64,000 nucleotides of DNA from an uncultured delta proteobacterium (GTDB lineage: Bacteria > Desulfobacterota > Binatia > UBA9968): positions 256,001 to 320,000 of the forward strand of contig CAVYTU010000017.1 of NCBI GenBank assembly GCA_963771465.1, in the 5' to 3' direction. How positions within the stretch are numbered: position 1 is the first letter of the stretch; each line of letters starts with the position of its first letter. Shown in pieces: positions 1 through 9,198 of this stretch. The translations under genes were made by a program, and so were the position numbers. The notes beneath the pieces were generated by a model, which saw only the letters and a list, made by a program, of their open reading frames with translations, searched no databases and was not told the DNA's origin.

Positions 1-302
1 AGCTCGCAGATTACGGCGTGGATACTTTCAAGTCGACCGGACAGGAGCTGCAACAAGAGCATCGCCTTGTCTGAGATCAGCTCAAACACCTTTCCCCTCC
101 AATTCCTACATCAGCTCGGTGCGCTGAACGGGCCAGGGCGTCGGTTCCAGGCTTTTGTTGTTTGCTTCTGCTCACCGCCATTCGATCAAAATCAAATAAT
201 CAAAGCCTGGCGCTCTGTACTTTGTGTGCAACGATCTATTAGGCACATCCCGGCAACAGACTATTGCGCCTAAGAACTATAAACCCAAATATCTTTTGCG
301 TG

Positions 303-755
303 TTAGTCTGGTGGCCCAAGTGGAAGGCGCTGACCTTTTTTAATTATTTCTACTCCTTGGGCAAATCGTCTATGAAACGTACCTTCCGTAAGCGTCGTCG
401 CAACGTTTAGCGTAATTCTTCGCTTTGTGACGACGGTAACTTTGGAGTTTTCCTTATCCACCGGCTCAATCCACGCTCCCATGACTGTCCCCACCGAAAC
501 CAAATTCATTCCGCTGCTGGTTAACATGTAGTTTTGGTCCTTGTGTTCTTCGATTGCATCTGAACCTTCCCAGCGAAAAACCGTCTTGGCAATATCCCAT
601 CCCTGATCTCTAGTAACAGGATAAACCTTAACCGTGCCTTCTGTCCCGGCCTCTTTAACCCGCACGACATCATTCATCGTAGCGCATCCGTTAAGCGCTG
701 CGAAAAATGACGAAAGAATAACAATCTGCAGAAATTTGAAATCTCTTTTCTCCAT
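303..755 (-). CDS. Hypothetical lipoprotein
   Basis: ORF with GGAGG-like SD upstream of ATG at 755. Signal peptide with lipobox LNG-C. Sits in a visibly AT-richer segment. Confidence 0.7.
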   Translation of the reverse strand: MEKRDFKFLQIVILSSFFAALNGCATMNDVVRVKEAGTEGTVKVYPVTRDQGWDIAKTVFRWEGSDAIEEHKDQNYMLTSSGMNLVSVGTVMGAWIEPVDKENSKVTVVTKRRITLNVATTLTEGTFHRRFAQGVEIIKKGQRLPLGPPD

Positions 756-808
756 ATGGAGTACCTCCTTGTACTCTGTACTTTTCAATCGTACGTGGTC
801 AGTTATCC

Positions 809-2023
809 CTAACCCGTCACAAACGGCTCGAGTTTTCTATGCCCCAATCGGCGTGCGCCGGAATCGCTGACGGTGATCGGTTCGCCGATGAGAGCCGGGG
901 TGCCTTTGTGCTCGATTTGCGTTTTCACGGTGAAAGTAAATCCCGGCTCGATGACGATGTCTCTGTCATGCGCGGCTGCGCCGGGGCCGACTCTCGGCCG
1001 GTCGGCGCCGAGGCCGTTGGTGTGAACCAGCACGCCGCCGCCTTTGGCGCCGCGCGCTTCCGCCAGGCGGACGAATTCATCGATCAGGCCGCCGATGGTG
1101 TTGCCCGGCTTGACCCACGCGACGATGCCTTGAAAACATTCGACGGCGACGTTGGTCGCGGCGCGGTAAGCGTCGGCGTTTTTGCTGCCGATTAAAATTG
1201 AATGGTTGCATTGTGCCCGGTAGCCTTGCAGGCGCGCGTCGATCTCCTGACAAATCACCTTGCCGTCTTCCATGGCGATGGCAAGCCCCATGGAGTTACT
1301 CGCATTCGCTGTCTTGTTGTTCGAGCCGAGCGAAAGCCGCGCCGGATAGTCAGCGGTGTGCGAGATAAGTACTTTGGCCATCTCGATCCATAGTTCGCCT
1401 TCCTCCATGCCGGGCTTGGCGACCTCCATCATTTTGGCGATCGCCGCTTCATTGGCGTCGGCGATGCGCTGGATAACGGAGATTTCTTCTGGACCTTTGA
1501 CGATGCGCGAGAATTCCAACACGTCGTTGGCCGGTAAGAAGGTCGCCTCCGGCAATGCAGCCTTAATGCGCCGCCAGGTTTCGAACGGGATGGTGCCCTC
1601 GGTCATACGATACTGTGCCAGCAAGCCGGTGATGCCGATGCGGCTTTTGGCGAAACCGAGCTCGTGCAACCGATCGGGAACCAACTTGGAAAAATCGCCC
1701 CAGCGGATATCCGATGGCCAAAATAAATTGGCCGCCCACATGCGCAGCTCGCGCTCGGAAGAAAGAATTGCCGTGACCTCGTCCGACGCGGGAAACACCA
1801 CCCAGGCGCCACCCTGGACGCCGCCCATCTGGCAAAGGTAACGCGAGTTGGCTTGCGGTTCGCCGTTGTCCGCTGCGGGGGCGAGCAAGCAATCTAAGTT
1901 GTGCTCGCGCATCAATTGCCGAACCCGCGCGTAGCGCCGGTCGCGCTCGGCGAGAGAAAAGGACGGCAAGCGCCGTTTGCCATCGGCGCCAGTTTGAAAT
2001 GGATCGACGGGGTTATATGTCAT
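809..2023 (-). CDS. M24 family (Xaa-Pro peptidase/creatinase fold) protein
   Basis: 404 aa. Creatinase N-domain (ERDRRYARVRQLMREHNLDCLL), RIVKGPEEI linker, HTNGLG and IEPGFTF C-terminal motifs. Confidence 0.85.
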   Translation of the reverse strand: MTYNPVDPFQTGADGKRRLPSFSLAERDRRYARVRQLMREHNLDCLLAPAADNGEPQANSRYLCQMGGVQGGAWVVFPASDEVTAILSSERELRMWAANLFWPSDIRWGDFSKLVPDRLHELGFAKSRIGITGLLAQYRMTEGTIPFETWRRIKAALPEATFLPANDVLEFSRIVKGPEEISVIQRIADANEAAIAKMMEVAKPGMEEGELWIEMAKVLISHTADYPARLSLGSNNKTANASNSMGLAIAMEDGKVICQEIDARLQGYRAQCNHSILIGSKNADAYRAATNVAVECFQGIVAWVKPGNTIGGLIDEFVRLAEARGAKGGGVLVHTNGLGADRPRVGPGAAAHDRDIVIEPGFTFTVKTQIEHKGTPALIGEPITVSDSGARRLGHRKLEPFVTG

Positions 2024-2048
2024 CGGTCACCTCGTAAGAAATGGGAAT

Positions 2049-2129
2049 TGGCCGCAAAGAACGCAAAGTACACAAAGGAATTCATTCGAAGTTGGCTTCT
2101 TTGCCTCCGATTCCAATTCGGTTGCGGCC
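2049..2129. repeat. REP-like CGCAAAG tandem/inverted intergenic repeat
   Basis: TGGCCGCAAAGAACGCAAAGTACACAAAG ... TTGCGGCC. The same start motif recurs at 4966, 42859 and 54972. Confidence 0.7.
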
Positions 2130-2148
2130 GTGTCGCTTTGAGCCGCCG

Positions 2149-3091
2149 TCAACTATTGCGCTCGACAAAATTCATTACCACCTGATTCCACGCTTCGGGA
2201 ATCTCGCGGTAGTGGAAATGGGCGACGTTATTGAATATGTGCATCTCGGTTTTTTTATTTGTCGCCCGGATCATATCGAAGAGTTTCAGTCCGATCGGCA
2301 GGATCGCCGATGGGTCGTCGGCGCCCCAGGTGATCAGCACCGGCATACGTCATTCGGCCTTCCTCGATCCATTTGTGCGTCTCTGCTTTGTCGCGCGGAA
2401 AGGTGCGCGCGTTGGCCTCCGGATTGACGCTTTCGTCTTCCCGTCCGTCAGTCTTGAGCAAGCGGAGTGTTTCTAGCGCCTTCGGTTGGCTCGCCATGAA
2501 CATGGCGGCGTCCAAATAGTCGTCGGTGATATTGTCCGTATTCACCGACAGCTTGCTCCAGTGAAAGCGAATATAGTCGCGCAGCGCTTTCGGTGGATTG
2601 GCGAATAGTTTGTGGCGCCGCTCCGCCATGTCGCCGGCCGGCGGGCCCAAAGTCCCGCTATCGACGAGCACCAGGCTTTTGCACATGTCGACATGTTCCA
2701 ACGCCAAGCGCGCGGCGGTGTAGGCGCCGTTGGATTGACCGACCGAGTGAAACGACTCGATGCCGAGCTTTTCGATCAAGCTATAAATATGCTGGACGAT
2801 GGCGTGCTGGGTGAAGTCGTCGAGACTTTTCGGGTTATCGGTCATGCCGGCGCAAAGTTTGTCCGGCGCGATGACGCGAAATCTCTTCGCCAGGCCGCCG
2901 ATGTTGCGCGTCCAGGTGTTGGCGCTGCCCCACGGCGAGAAGCGCGAGCCATGGATCATCAGCATCACATCGCCCTGGCCTTCGTCGTAATAGCGCGTTC
3001 TGATGCCGTTTACGTCGATAAACTTGGCTTGAAAATTGACTGATCCCGACGCCAACATCTCCGGCGTCGGTTTAATTGCGGCGCTTTGCAT
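2149..3091 (-). CDS. Alpha/beta hydrolase (C-C/meta-cleavage hydrolase-like), frameshifted near 2347
   Basis: ORF 2255..3091 has HGS oxyanion and GQSNG nucleophile motifs. ORF 2149..2346 supplies PVLITWGADD...AHF (acid and His). Removing one base joins them as ...EEGRMT-MPVLITWG. Confidence 0.85.
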
Positions 3092-3254
3092 GGATCGCTT
3101 CCTCCGGTTCGAGAATCGCGCGCATCTTAATGCAGGTGTTCGATTTGAAGCAAGTCAAATTAAACTTTCATGCTGTATTGACTTCATTCAGCCGAGGAAT
3201 GTATGAACGCCAAGTAGAGAACCCGGTGGTCTCGGTATTTTTAGGAGGCGGCTA

Positions 3255-4959
3255 ATGGCGAATAGGAAATACGGAACCCATCTGAGCCGGCGACAGTTTT
3301 TGCGCCTGGCGGCGGCATCGGGCGCTGCGGTTGGGATTCTGCCTCGCGGTGTCGGGCATGCAGCGCAGGCCGGCAGAAAACGCATCGTTATTCATGGCGA
3401 GCGTCAGGTGACTAGTCTTGGCTATCACAACCGGCGTGAGACGGAGCATGTGTCGATCGTCGATGCCGGACTCGTCGGACAGAACCCGGTGACATTTGAG
3501 CGTGTGCCGGTGCTCGCCGAAGAGTTGCCGTCGGTGAAAAAGGGCACCTGGAAGATCGACCTGCAGAAGAAAACGATGACGACCGTCTATAAGCTGCGGC
3601 CAGGTCTCAAGTGGCACGACGGTAAGCCGTACACGTCAAAGGATTTCGAATTCGGTTGGCAGATCGCTAAGCATCCCGAGTTTCCCATGCCCGATCGGCT
3701 GGTGCCGGAGATGATTTCCAAGATCGAGACACCCGACGACCGCACCATCGTGATTCATTGGAGCGATCTCTACAACGAAGCCTATGCCATTCAATACACT
3801 CACGTGCGCGCGTTTCCGCGCCACCTGTTGCAGGACGCGTTCAGCGCCGGCGACATGAAGGCGTTCGCGAATTTGCCGTATTGGAATAAGAATTTCATCG
3901 GCGCGGGTGCCTTCCGTGTGGCGGAATGGGATCAGGGAAGCCGCGTGGAGTTGGAAGCGTTCAATGATTTTTGCCTGGGCCGGCCGAAGATCGACCGGAT
4001 CACCTACAAGACGGTGGAAGACTCCAACACGAACCTTGCCGCGGTCCTGGCCGGGGAAGTCGATCTGTGCATGCGCAGCACGATCTCCTTCGATGGCGCG
4101 ACGATTTTGCGCGAGCAATGGGAAAAGCAGGGCAAGGGTAAAGTGATGAGTAGCCCGGCGTCGTGGAGTTGGTTGAGTCTCAGCCGGGATAACCCCTGGT
4201 TCAGCGACGTCAAAGTGCGGCGCGCGCTGCTGCATGCCATCGATCGTGATGCCATGACGCAAAATCTTTTCAAGGGCGAAAAAGTCGTGTCGCACTTGCC
4301 GCTGGCGCGCGCCCGCAAGATCAACAGCAAGGCGTTGGCAGTCTCGACGATTTATAAGTATGACGTGGAGCGTGCCAAGAAACTCATGGCGGAAGCGGGG
4401 TGGAAGCCCGGCGCGGACGGCGTATTGACCAACGCTAAAGGCGAGAAGATGGAGTTCGAGTTTCGCGTCACCGCCGAGCGGCGCGATCATGAACAGGCCC
4501 AGGCGGTCATCGCCGACTTTTGGAAAAAGATCGGTGTGCGCACCAACATCAAAAATATGCCCAACCGTTTGCTCAATTCGTCGGAGAATCGCAGCCGCTG
4601 GCCGGGCGCTTACATCGGCTCCCACAACGTGACGGTGGAAGAATGGCCTGAACGGTTTCACTCCAAGAACATTCCGACGGCGGAAAACAAGTACGCGCCG
4701 GAAAACGTGTCGGGGTGGAACGATCCCAAGAAGGATGCGATTCTCGACGATATTAACTCGATCATCAGCACCCGAACAGTCGGAGAAGCTGCAACTCGAA
4801 TTCTGCAGGATGTTTAGCGCGGCGCTGCCGCATCTGCCGCTTTATTTCACGCCGGAAATTCTCGTGGTGAAAAAAGGTTTGACCGGCATCACGCCGCGCC
4901 AGGAGAGCGGCGGGCAGAACTCCAGTAGCTGGAACACCCATAAGTGGGATAAGGTTTAG
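3255..4959 (+). CDS. Peptide/nickel ABC transporter substrate-binding protein (family 5), Tat signal, frameshifted near 4767
   Basis: SRRQFL Tat motif, LRPGLKWHDG family-5 signature, DVKVRRALLHAIDR. C-terminus continues in ORF 4735..4959 and aligns with the paralog at 12172. Confidence 0.9.
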
Positions 4960-5021
4960 AGAGAATGGCCGCAAAGAACGCAAAGGACGCAAAGAAGATT
5001 TTCAAAACAGCGAGGTGAACG

Positions 5022-6329
5022 ATGGCAGGTGAGGCAAATGGCGTGGTGGCTTTAAATGTTAAACGGATTGGCCACCTCGATATTCCTGGCGGCGGTCAGG
5101 TGGTGGTGCAGGGGAACCGCGCTTATGTGGGGCATATGGATCCGCCCCATGGGACATCGATTGTCGACGTGACGGACGTTTCGAAACCGAAGATCCTTTC
5201 GACCCTCGAGGTCGCCGACGATAATCACTCGCATAAAGTGCGCGTCAGCGGCGACGTTATGTTGATCAACAACGAAGCGCACCGGCGCCATCAAATGTGG
5301 GGCGGCGCGAAGATTCCGGCGACGCAGACGCGCTTGGAAAAAGAGCTTGGCCGCGCTCCCACCAATGCCGAGCTTGCCGCGGCGCTCAATTACAAGCCGG
5401 AAGATATTCCCGCTTTGTTGAAAGCGGCGGGCGAAGTTTACGACAGCGGCGGTTTGCGCATCTACAATGTCGCCGATCCCTACAAGCCGCGCGAAATCGC
5501 ATTCTTTAAAACCGCCGACACCGGCGTGCATCGCTTCGACTTCGACGGGCGTTATGCCTATATCTCGACCCGCATGGAAGGCTACCACGGCAATATCATG
5601 GTGATCGTCGACGTCGGCGAGCCGAGCAAGCCCAAGGAAGTTTCACGCTGGTGGCTGCCGGGTCAATGGACGGCGGGCGGCGAAAAGCCTTACTGGGGTG
5701 GCGAGCGTTGGGAGTGTCACCATCCGCTGCGCTTCGGCGATCGGCTCTATGTCAGCTATCATCACGCCGGCATCGTGATTCTCGACATCAGCGATATTAC
5801 TAAACCGAAGATGCTGAGCCATTACAATTATCATCCGCCGGTGGATTGCAGCACGCATACCTATGCGCGCATGCCGGTGCGCTTGGACGGCAAAGACATT
5901 GCAGTGGTCGTCGACGAAGAGCCGGGGCGCGCGCGCGCCGGTCATATTCCCGGCTTCATGTGGGTGTTCGACGTGACCGACGAGACCAAGCCGGCGCCGC
6001 TTTCGGCCTATTTCATGTCCGAGCAGGATACGCCGTGGACCCGCGCCGAACATGGCGGCCGCTTCGGCGCGCACCAGTGTCAGGAGCGCATGACCGATAG
6101 TTTGGTTTATCTTACCTGGTTTCGCGGCGGACTCAGGATTGTCGATATCGCCAATCCGCATAAGCCGAAGGAAGTCGGTTACTATATCCCGACGCCCGGC
6201 GCGGGGCACAAGACCGTGCAATCCAACGATGTGTTTCTCGACGGCGAGGGACGGATATATCTGCTCGACCGGTTCAACGGTCTCGATATTCTTGAATACA
6301 CCGGGCCGGCGGGGCAGAAGGCGGCGTAG
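5022..6329 (+). CDS. LVIVD-repeat beta-propeller protein with sigma70 region-3-like insertion (paralog 1)
   Basis: Repeated strands TSIVDV, MVIVDV, IVILDI, GLRIVDI. His motifs HSHK, GVHRF, CHHP, THT, GAHQ. Insert RLEKELGRAPTNAELAAALN. Confidence 0.85.
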   Translation: MAGEANGVVALNVKRIGHLDIPGGGQVVVQGNRAYVGHMDPPHGTSIVDVTDVSKPKILSTLEVADDNHSHKVRVSGDVMLINNEAHRRHQMWGGAKIPATQTRLEKELGRAPTNAELAAALNYKPEDIPALLKAAGEVYDSGGLRIYNVADPYKPREIAFFKTADTGVHRFDFDGRYAYISTRMEGYHGNIMVIVDVGEPSKPKEVSRWWLPGQWTAGGEKPYWGGERWECHHPLRFGDRLYVSYHHAGIVILDISDITKPKMLSHYNYHPPVDCSTHTYARMPVRLDGKDIAVVVDEEPGRARAGHIPGFMWVFDVTDETKPAPLSAYFMSEQDTPWTRAEHGGRFGAHQCQERMTDSLVYLTWFRGGLRIVDIANPHKPKEVGYYIPTPGAGHKTVQSNDVFLDGEGRIYLLDRFNGLDILEYTGPAGQKAA

Positions 6330-6420
6330 TCGAAGCGAAATCAGATGGATTCGCTGTATTCATGCAGGAGAACACCATCGTTTAAAAGCAGAGAATGGTC
6401 GAGTAGCCAGCGGTTTCCGA

Positions 6421-6572
6421 ATCCCCCTTTTGGAAAAGGGGGATCAAGCGGGATTTGAGTGGGCGGCGGGCGAGGTCTTCGTTTTAATTTAATCGGTCGC
6501 CTCTCGTATGGTACAACGGCGCAAAATGCGATGAAGAAAATCTCCCCTGGCCCCTCTTTACCAAAGTGGGGT
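6421..6572. repeat. REP-like palindrome pair (CCCCCTTT..AAAGGGGG family)
   Basis: ATCCCCCTTTTGGAAAAGGGGGAT and AAATCTCCCCTGGCCCCTCTTTACCAAAGTGGGG. Near-identical inverted copies occur at 49516-49603. Confidence 0.75.
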
Positions 6573-6610
6573 AGAAGAAGAATTGAAAGGCTCTGGATGA
6601 AGGACGACCA

Positions 6611-7918
6611 ATGAAAATGGAAGCAGACGGCGCGGTCGCTTTTAACGTCAAACGGATCGGCCATTTCGATACTCCGGGCGGCGGACAGGTTTTGGTCAAA
6701 GGCAAAACCGCTTTCGTCGGTCACATCGATCCGCCGTACGGAACTTCCATCGTCGATGTCTCGGAGCCAGCGCGGCCGCGGTTGATGGCGAGCTTAGAAG
6801 TGCCGCCCGAGACCCATTCACACAAAGTCCGAGTGGTCGGCGACATCATGGTCATCAACAACGAAAACTACACGCGCCACCAGCAGATCGGCGGCACTCG
6901 GATTCCCGCCGAGCGCGTGCGCCTGGAGAAAGAACTCGGCCGGCCGCCGACGGATGCGGAACTCGCGGGCGCGCTCAACTATTCGGTCGCCGATTTGAAA
7001 TCTTTGATCGAGTCGGCGGCGCGCGGTTATCAGGGCGGCGGCATTCGCATTTTTAACGTGGCCAACCCCGCCCAACCGCGCGAGATTTCATTTTTCAAAA
7101 CCGGCGGCAACGGTGTGCACCGTTTCGATTTCGATGGCCGCTATGCGCATTTATCGACGCGCATGGACGGCTACGAGGGCTACATCGTCATGATCGTCGA
7201 TCTCAAAGATCCGGCGCGGCCGCAAGAAGTCTCGCGCTGGTGGCTGCCGGGGCAGTGGGTCGCCGGCGGCGAAAACCCTTACTGGGGCTACGAGCGTTAC
7301 GAATGCCATCATCCGATGCGCTTCGGCGATCGGCTCTACGTCAGTTACTGCATGGCGGGTTTGGTGATTCTCGATATCGGCGATATCGCCAACCCCAAAG
7401 TCATTGGGCGCTATAATTATCATCCGCCCTTCTTCAAGACCCACACCTTTGTTCCCGCGCCGTTCAAAATGGCCGGCAAGAACGTCGCCGTCGCAGTCGA
7501 CGAACAGCCGCCGCGGCCGCGTCCGGAACAGGTACCGGCGTTTATGTGGGTGTTCGATGTCAGCGCTGAGTCGGATATCAAACCGTTGTCGGCGTATTCC
7601 ATGTCGGAGTCGGACACGCCGTGGACCCGCGCCGAGCATGGCGGGCGTTTTGGTGCGCACCAATGCCACGAGCGCATGACCGACAGTTTGGTCCATGTGA
7701 CTTGGTTTCGCGGCGGCTTGCGCATCGTCGACATCGCCGATCCGTTGAAACCGAAAGAAGTAGGCCACTACATTCCGCCGCCGGGCAAAGGTCAGAAGAC
7801 GCCGCAGTCCAACGACGTATTCGTCGACGGCCAAGGATTGATTTACCTCATCGATCGGCTCAACGGTCTGGACATTCTCGAATACAGCGGGCCGGCGGGA
7901 CAAAAATCCGCGGCTTAA
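6611..7918 (+). CDS. LVIVD-repeat beta-propeller protein with sigma70 region-3-like insertion (paralog 2)
   Basis: 435 aa, collinear with 5022..6329 with long identical blocks (DTPWTRAEHGGRFGAHQC). Insert RLEKELGRPPTDAELAGALN. Confidence 0.85.
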   Translation: MKMEADGAVAFNVKRIGHFDTPGGGQVLVKGKTAFVGHIDPPYGTSIVDVSEPARPRLMASLEVPPETHSHKVRVVGDIMVINNENYTRHQQIGGTRIPAERVRLEKELGRPPTDAELAGALNYSVADLKSLIESAARGYQGGGIRIFNVANPAQPREISFFKTGGNGVHRFDFDGRYAHLSTRMDGYEGYIVMIVDLKDPARPQEVSRWWLPGQWVAGGENPYWGYERYECHHPMRFGDRLYVSYCMAGLVILDIGDIANPKVIGRYNYHPPFFKTHTFVPAPFKMAGKNVAVAVDEQPPRPRPEQVPAFMWVFDVSAESDIKPLSAYSMSESDTPWTRAEHGGRFGAHQCHERMTDSLVHVTWFRGGLRIVDIADPLKPKEVGHYIPPPGKGQKTPQSNDVFVDGQGLIYLIDRLNGLDILEYSGPAGQKSAA

Positions 7919-8000
7919 TAGAGATGACTCGCGCAAAGCCTGTCCCGAGATTAGCGAAGGAGCGTCAACAACGCCAAGTTCGAAATAGAAGGAGGAACCC

Positions 8001-9059
8001 ATGGCTGCGAATCGAAATCTAGTGTGGCTCGGGTTGACAATCGTTACCGTGCTCGGCTTTAGCTCCAGTGCGTCAAGCCAGCGGCTGGGAAAAAATCTTG
8101 ACGAAATCATCCAGCTCGCCAATAAAGAAAAAAACGTCCGGGTGGCGACCTCGTGGGAGCCAGAAAATGAGACGGCGCTGCTCAAAGGATTCACGCAGAA
8201 ATATCCCGGTATCAAGATTTCCACCGATCGCATCAGCGGCATCGATACCCGCGAGCGGATTATGAACGAAGCGCTTGGCGGTATCGTCGATCATGATCTG
8301 GTCAATGTGTCGGGCGAACTGCGCAATCAATACATCAAGTCCGGTGTGCTCGCCGGGCCGATACCGTGGAAAACTCTATTTCCCAAAATCAACGAGCGTC
8401 ATTTCAGTCCCGATGGTTATTTCGCCGCCAGCGGCTTTAGCACTTACATCATCGCCTACAACCCGACGCTGGTGCCGAAGGACAAAGTGCCGAAAAGTTG
8501 GAACGACTGTCTCGATCCGTACTGGAAAGGAAAGTTAGTGGTGTTGACTCGGCCGCGCACATTTACCGGACTGGCGCCCGGATGGGGTGAGGAGAAAACT
8601 CTTGCCTTCGCGCGCGCGCTCAAGGACAACCAGCCGGTATGGAAGAGCAGTCAAACCGGCGCCCTGACGCAGGTTGCCGTTGGTGAGTATCCGATGATCT
8701 GCGGCATGGCCTACCATTCTTTAAAGAGCACGATGATGCGCGACCCTACTGCGAAGGCCGCTTACGCCGTGCCCTCCGATCTGCCGTTTCAGATTGGCGA
8801 AGCGATGGGCATCATGAAAGGCGCCAAGAATCCCAATGCGGCGCTCGCTTTGACCGGCTGGTTGGTGACGCCGGAAGGACAAAAAAATATGGATCTCGAA
8901 GGCCGCAGCTCACCCTTTGTGCCGGGCACCGAGGCGGCTGAATTGATCAAGAAGCATAAGGCGAAAATTGTTTTCGAAAGTTGGGACGCCCTACAACACG
9001 AAGCCGAAATGGCGCGCAAAATCACCGCCGCATGGGGTTTCCCGAAGGCGAAGAACTAG
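8001..9059 (+). CDS. ABC transporter substrate-binding protein (Fe3+/thiamine/polyamine-like, SBP_bac_6)
   Basis: Signal peptide, IAYNPTLV...PKSWNDCLDPYWKGK and AKNPNAA...EGQ motifs. Strong SD AAGGAGG. Confidence 0.85.
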   Translation: MAANRNLVWLGLTIVTVLGFSSSASSQRLGKNLDEIIQLANKEKNVRVATSWEPENETALLKGFTQKYPGIKISTDRISGIDTRERIMNEALGGIVDHDLVNVSGELRNQYIKSGVLAGPIPWKTLFPKINERHFSPDGYFAASGFSTYIIAYNPTLVPKDKVPKSWNDCLDPYWKGKLVVLTRPRTFTGLAPGWGEEKTLAFARALKDNQPVWKSSQTGALTQVAVGEYPMICGMAYHSLKSTMMRDPTAKAAYAVPSDLPFQIGEAMGIMKGAKNPNAALALTGWLVTPEGQKNMDLEGRSSPFVPGTEAAELIKKHKAKIVFESWDALQHEAEMARKITAAWGFPKAKN

Positions 9060-9198
9060 CAGCGAAGATTGATTAACGGCAAATAGCGCAAAATGGGAAA
9101 TTCGCAATTGAATAAAATCCAAAGCTTCGCGCTCGTAGCCGGTGGTGAGCGTCGTCGATCCATGCCCTTCGTTTAATCCATTTCTTGACAAGGACTTT

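Noticed and set aside
1-89. Possible partial CDS on the - strand (GGAGG SD, GTG at 89)
   Set aside because: Only about 29 codons are visible, so it cannot be supported.
3636-4661. 341-aa antisense ORF (likewise 7151..8242, 13003..13710, 15334..16242, 40310..41161, 61437..62450)
   Set aside because: These are shadow ORFs opposite well-supported genes, as expected in GC-rich DNA, with no recognisable motifs.
2340-4770. Programmed ribosomal frameshifting in the split genes
   Set aside because: No slippery heptamers or shared context. The gene families are unrelated and a sequencing artefact is simpler.
5022-7918. Calling the LVIVD proteins sigma70 factors
   Set aside because: Only a ~40-aa region-3-like segment is present. 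There is no region 2 or 4, and the rest is beta-propeller.
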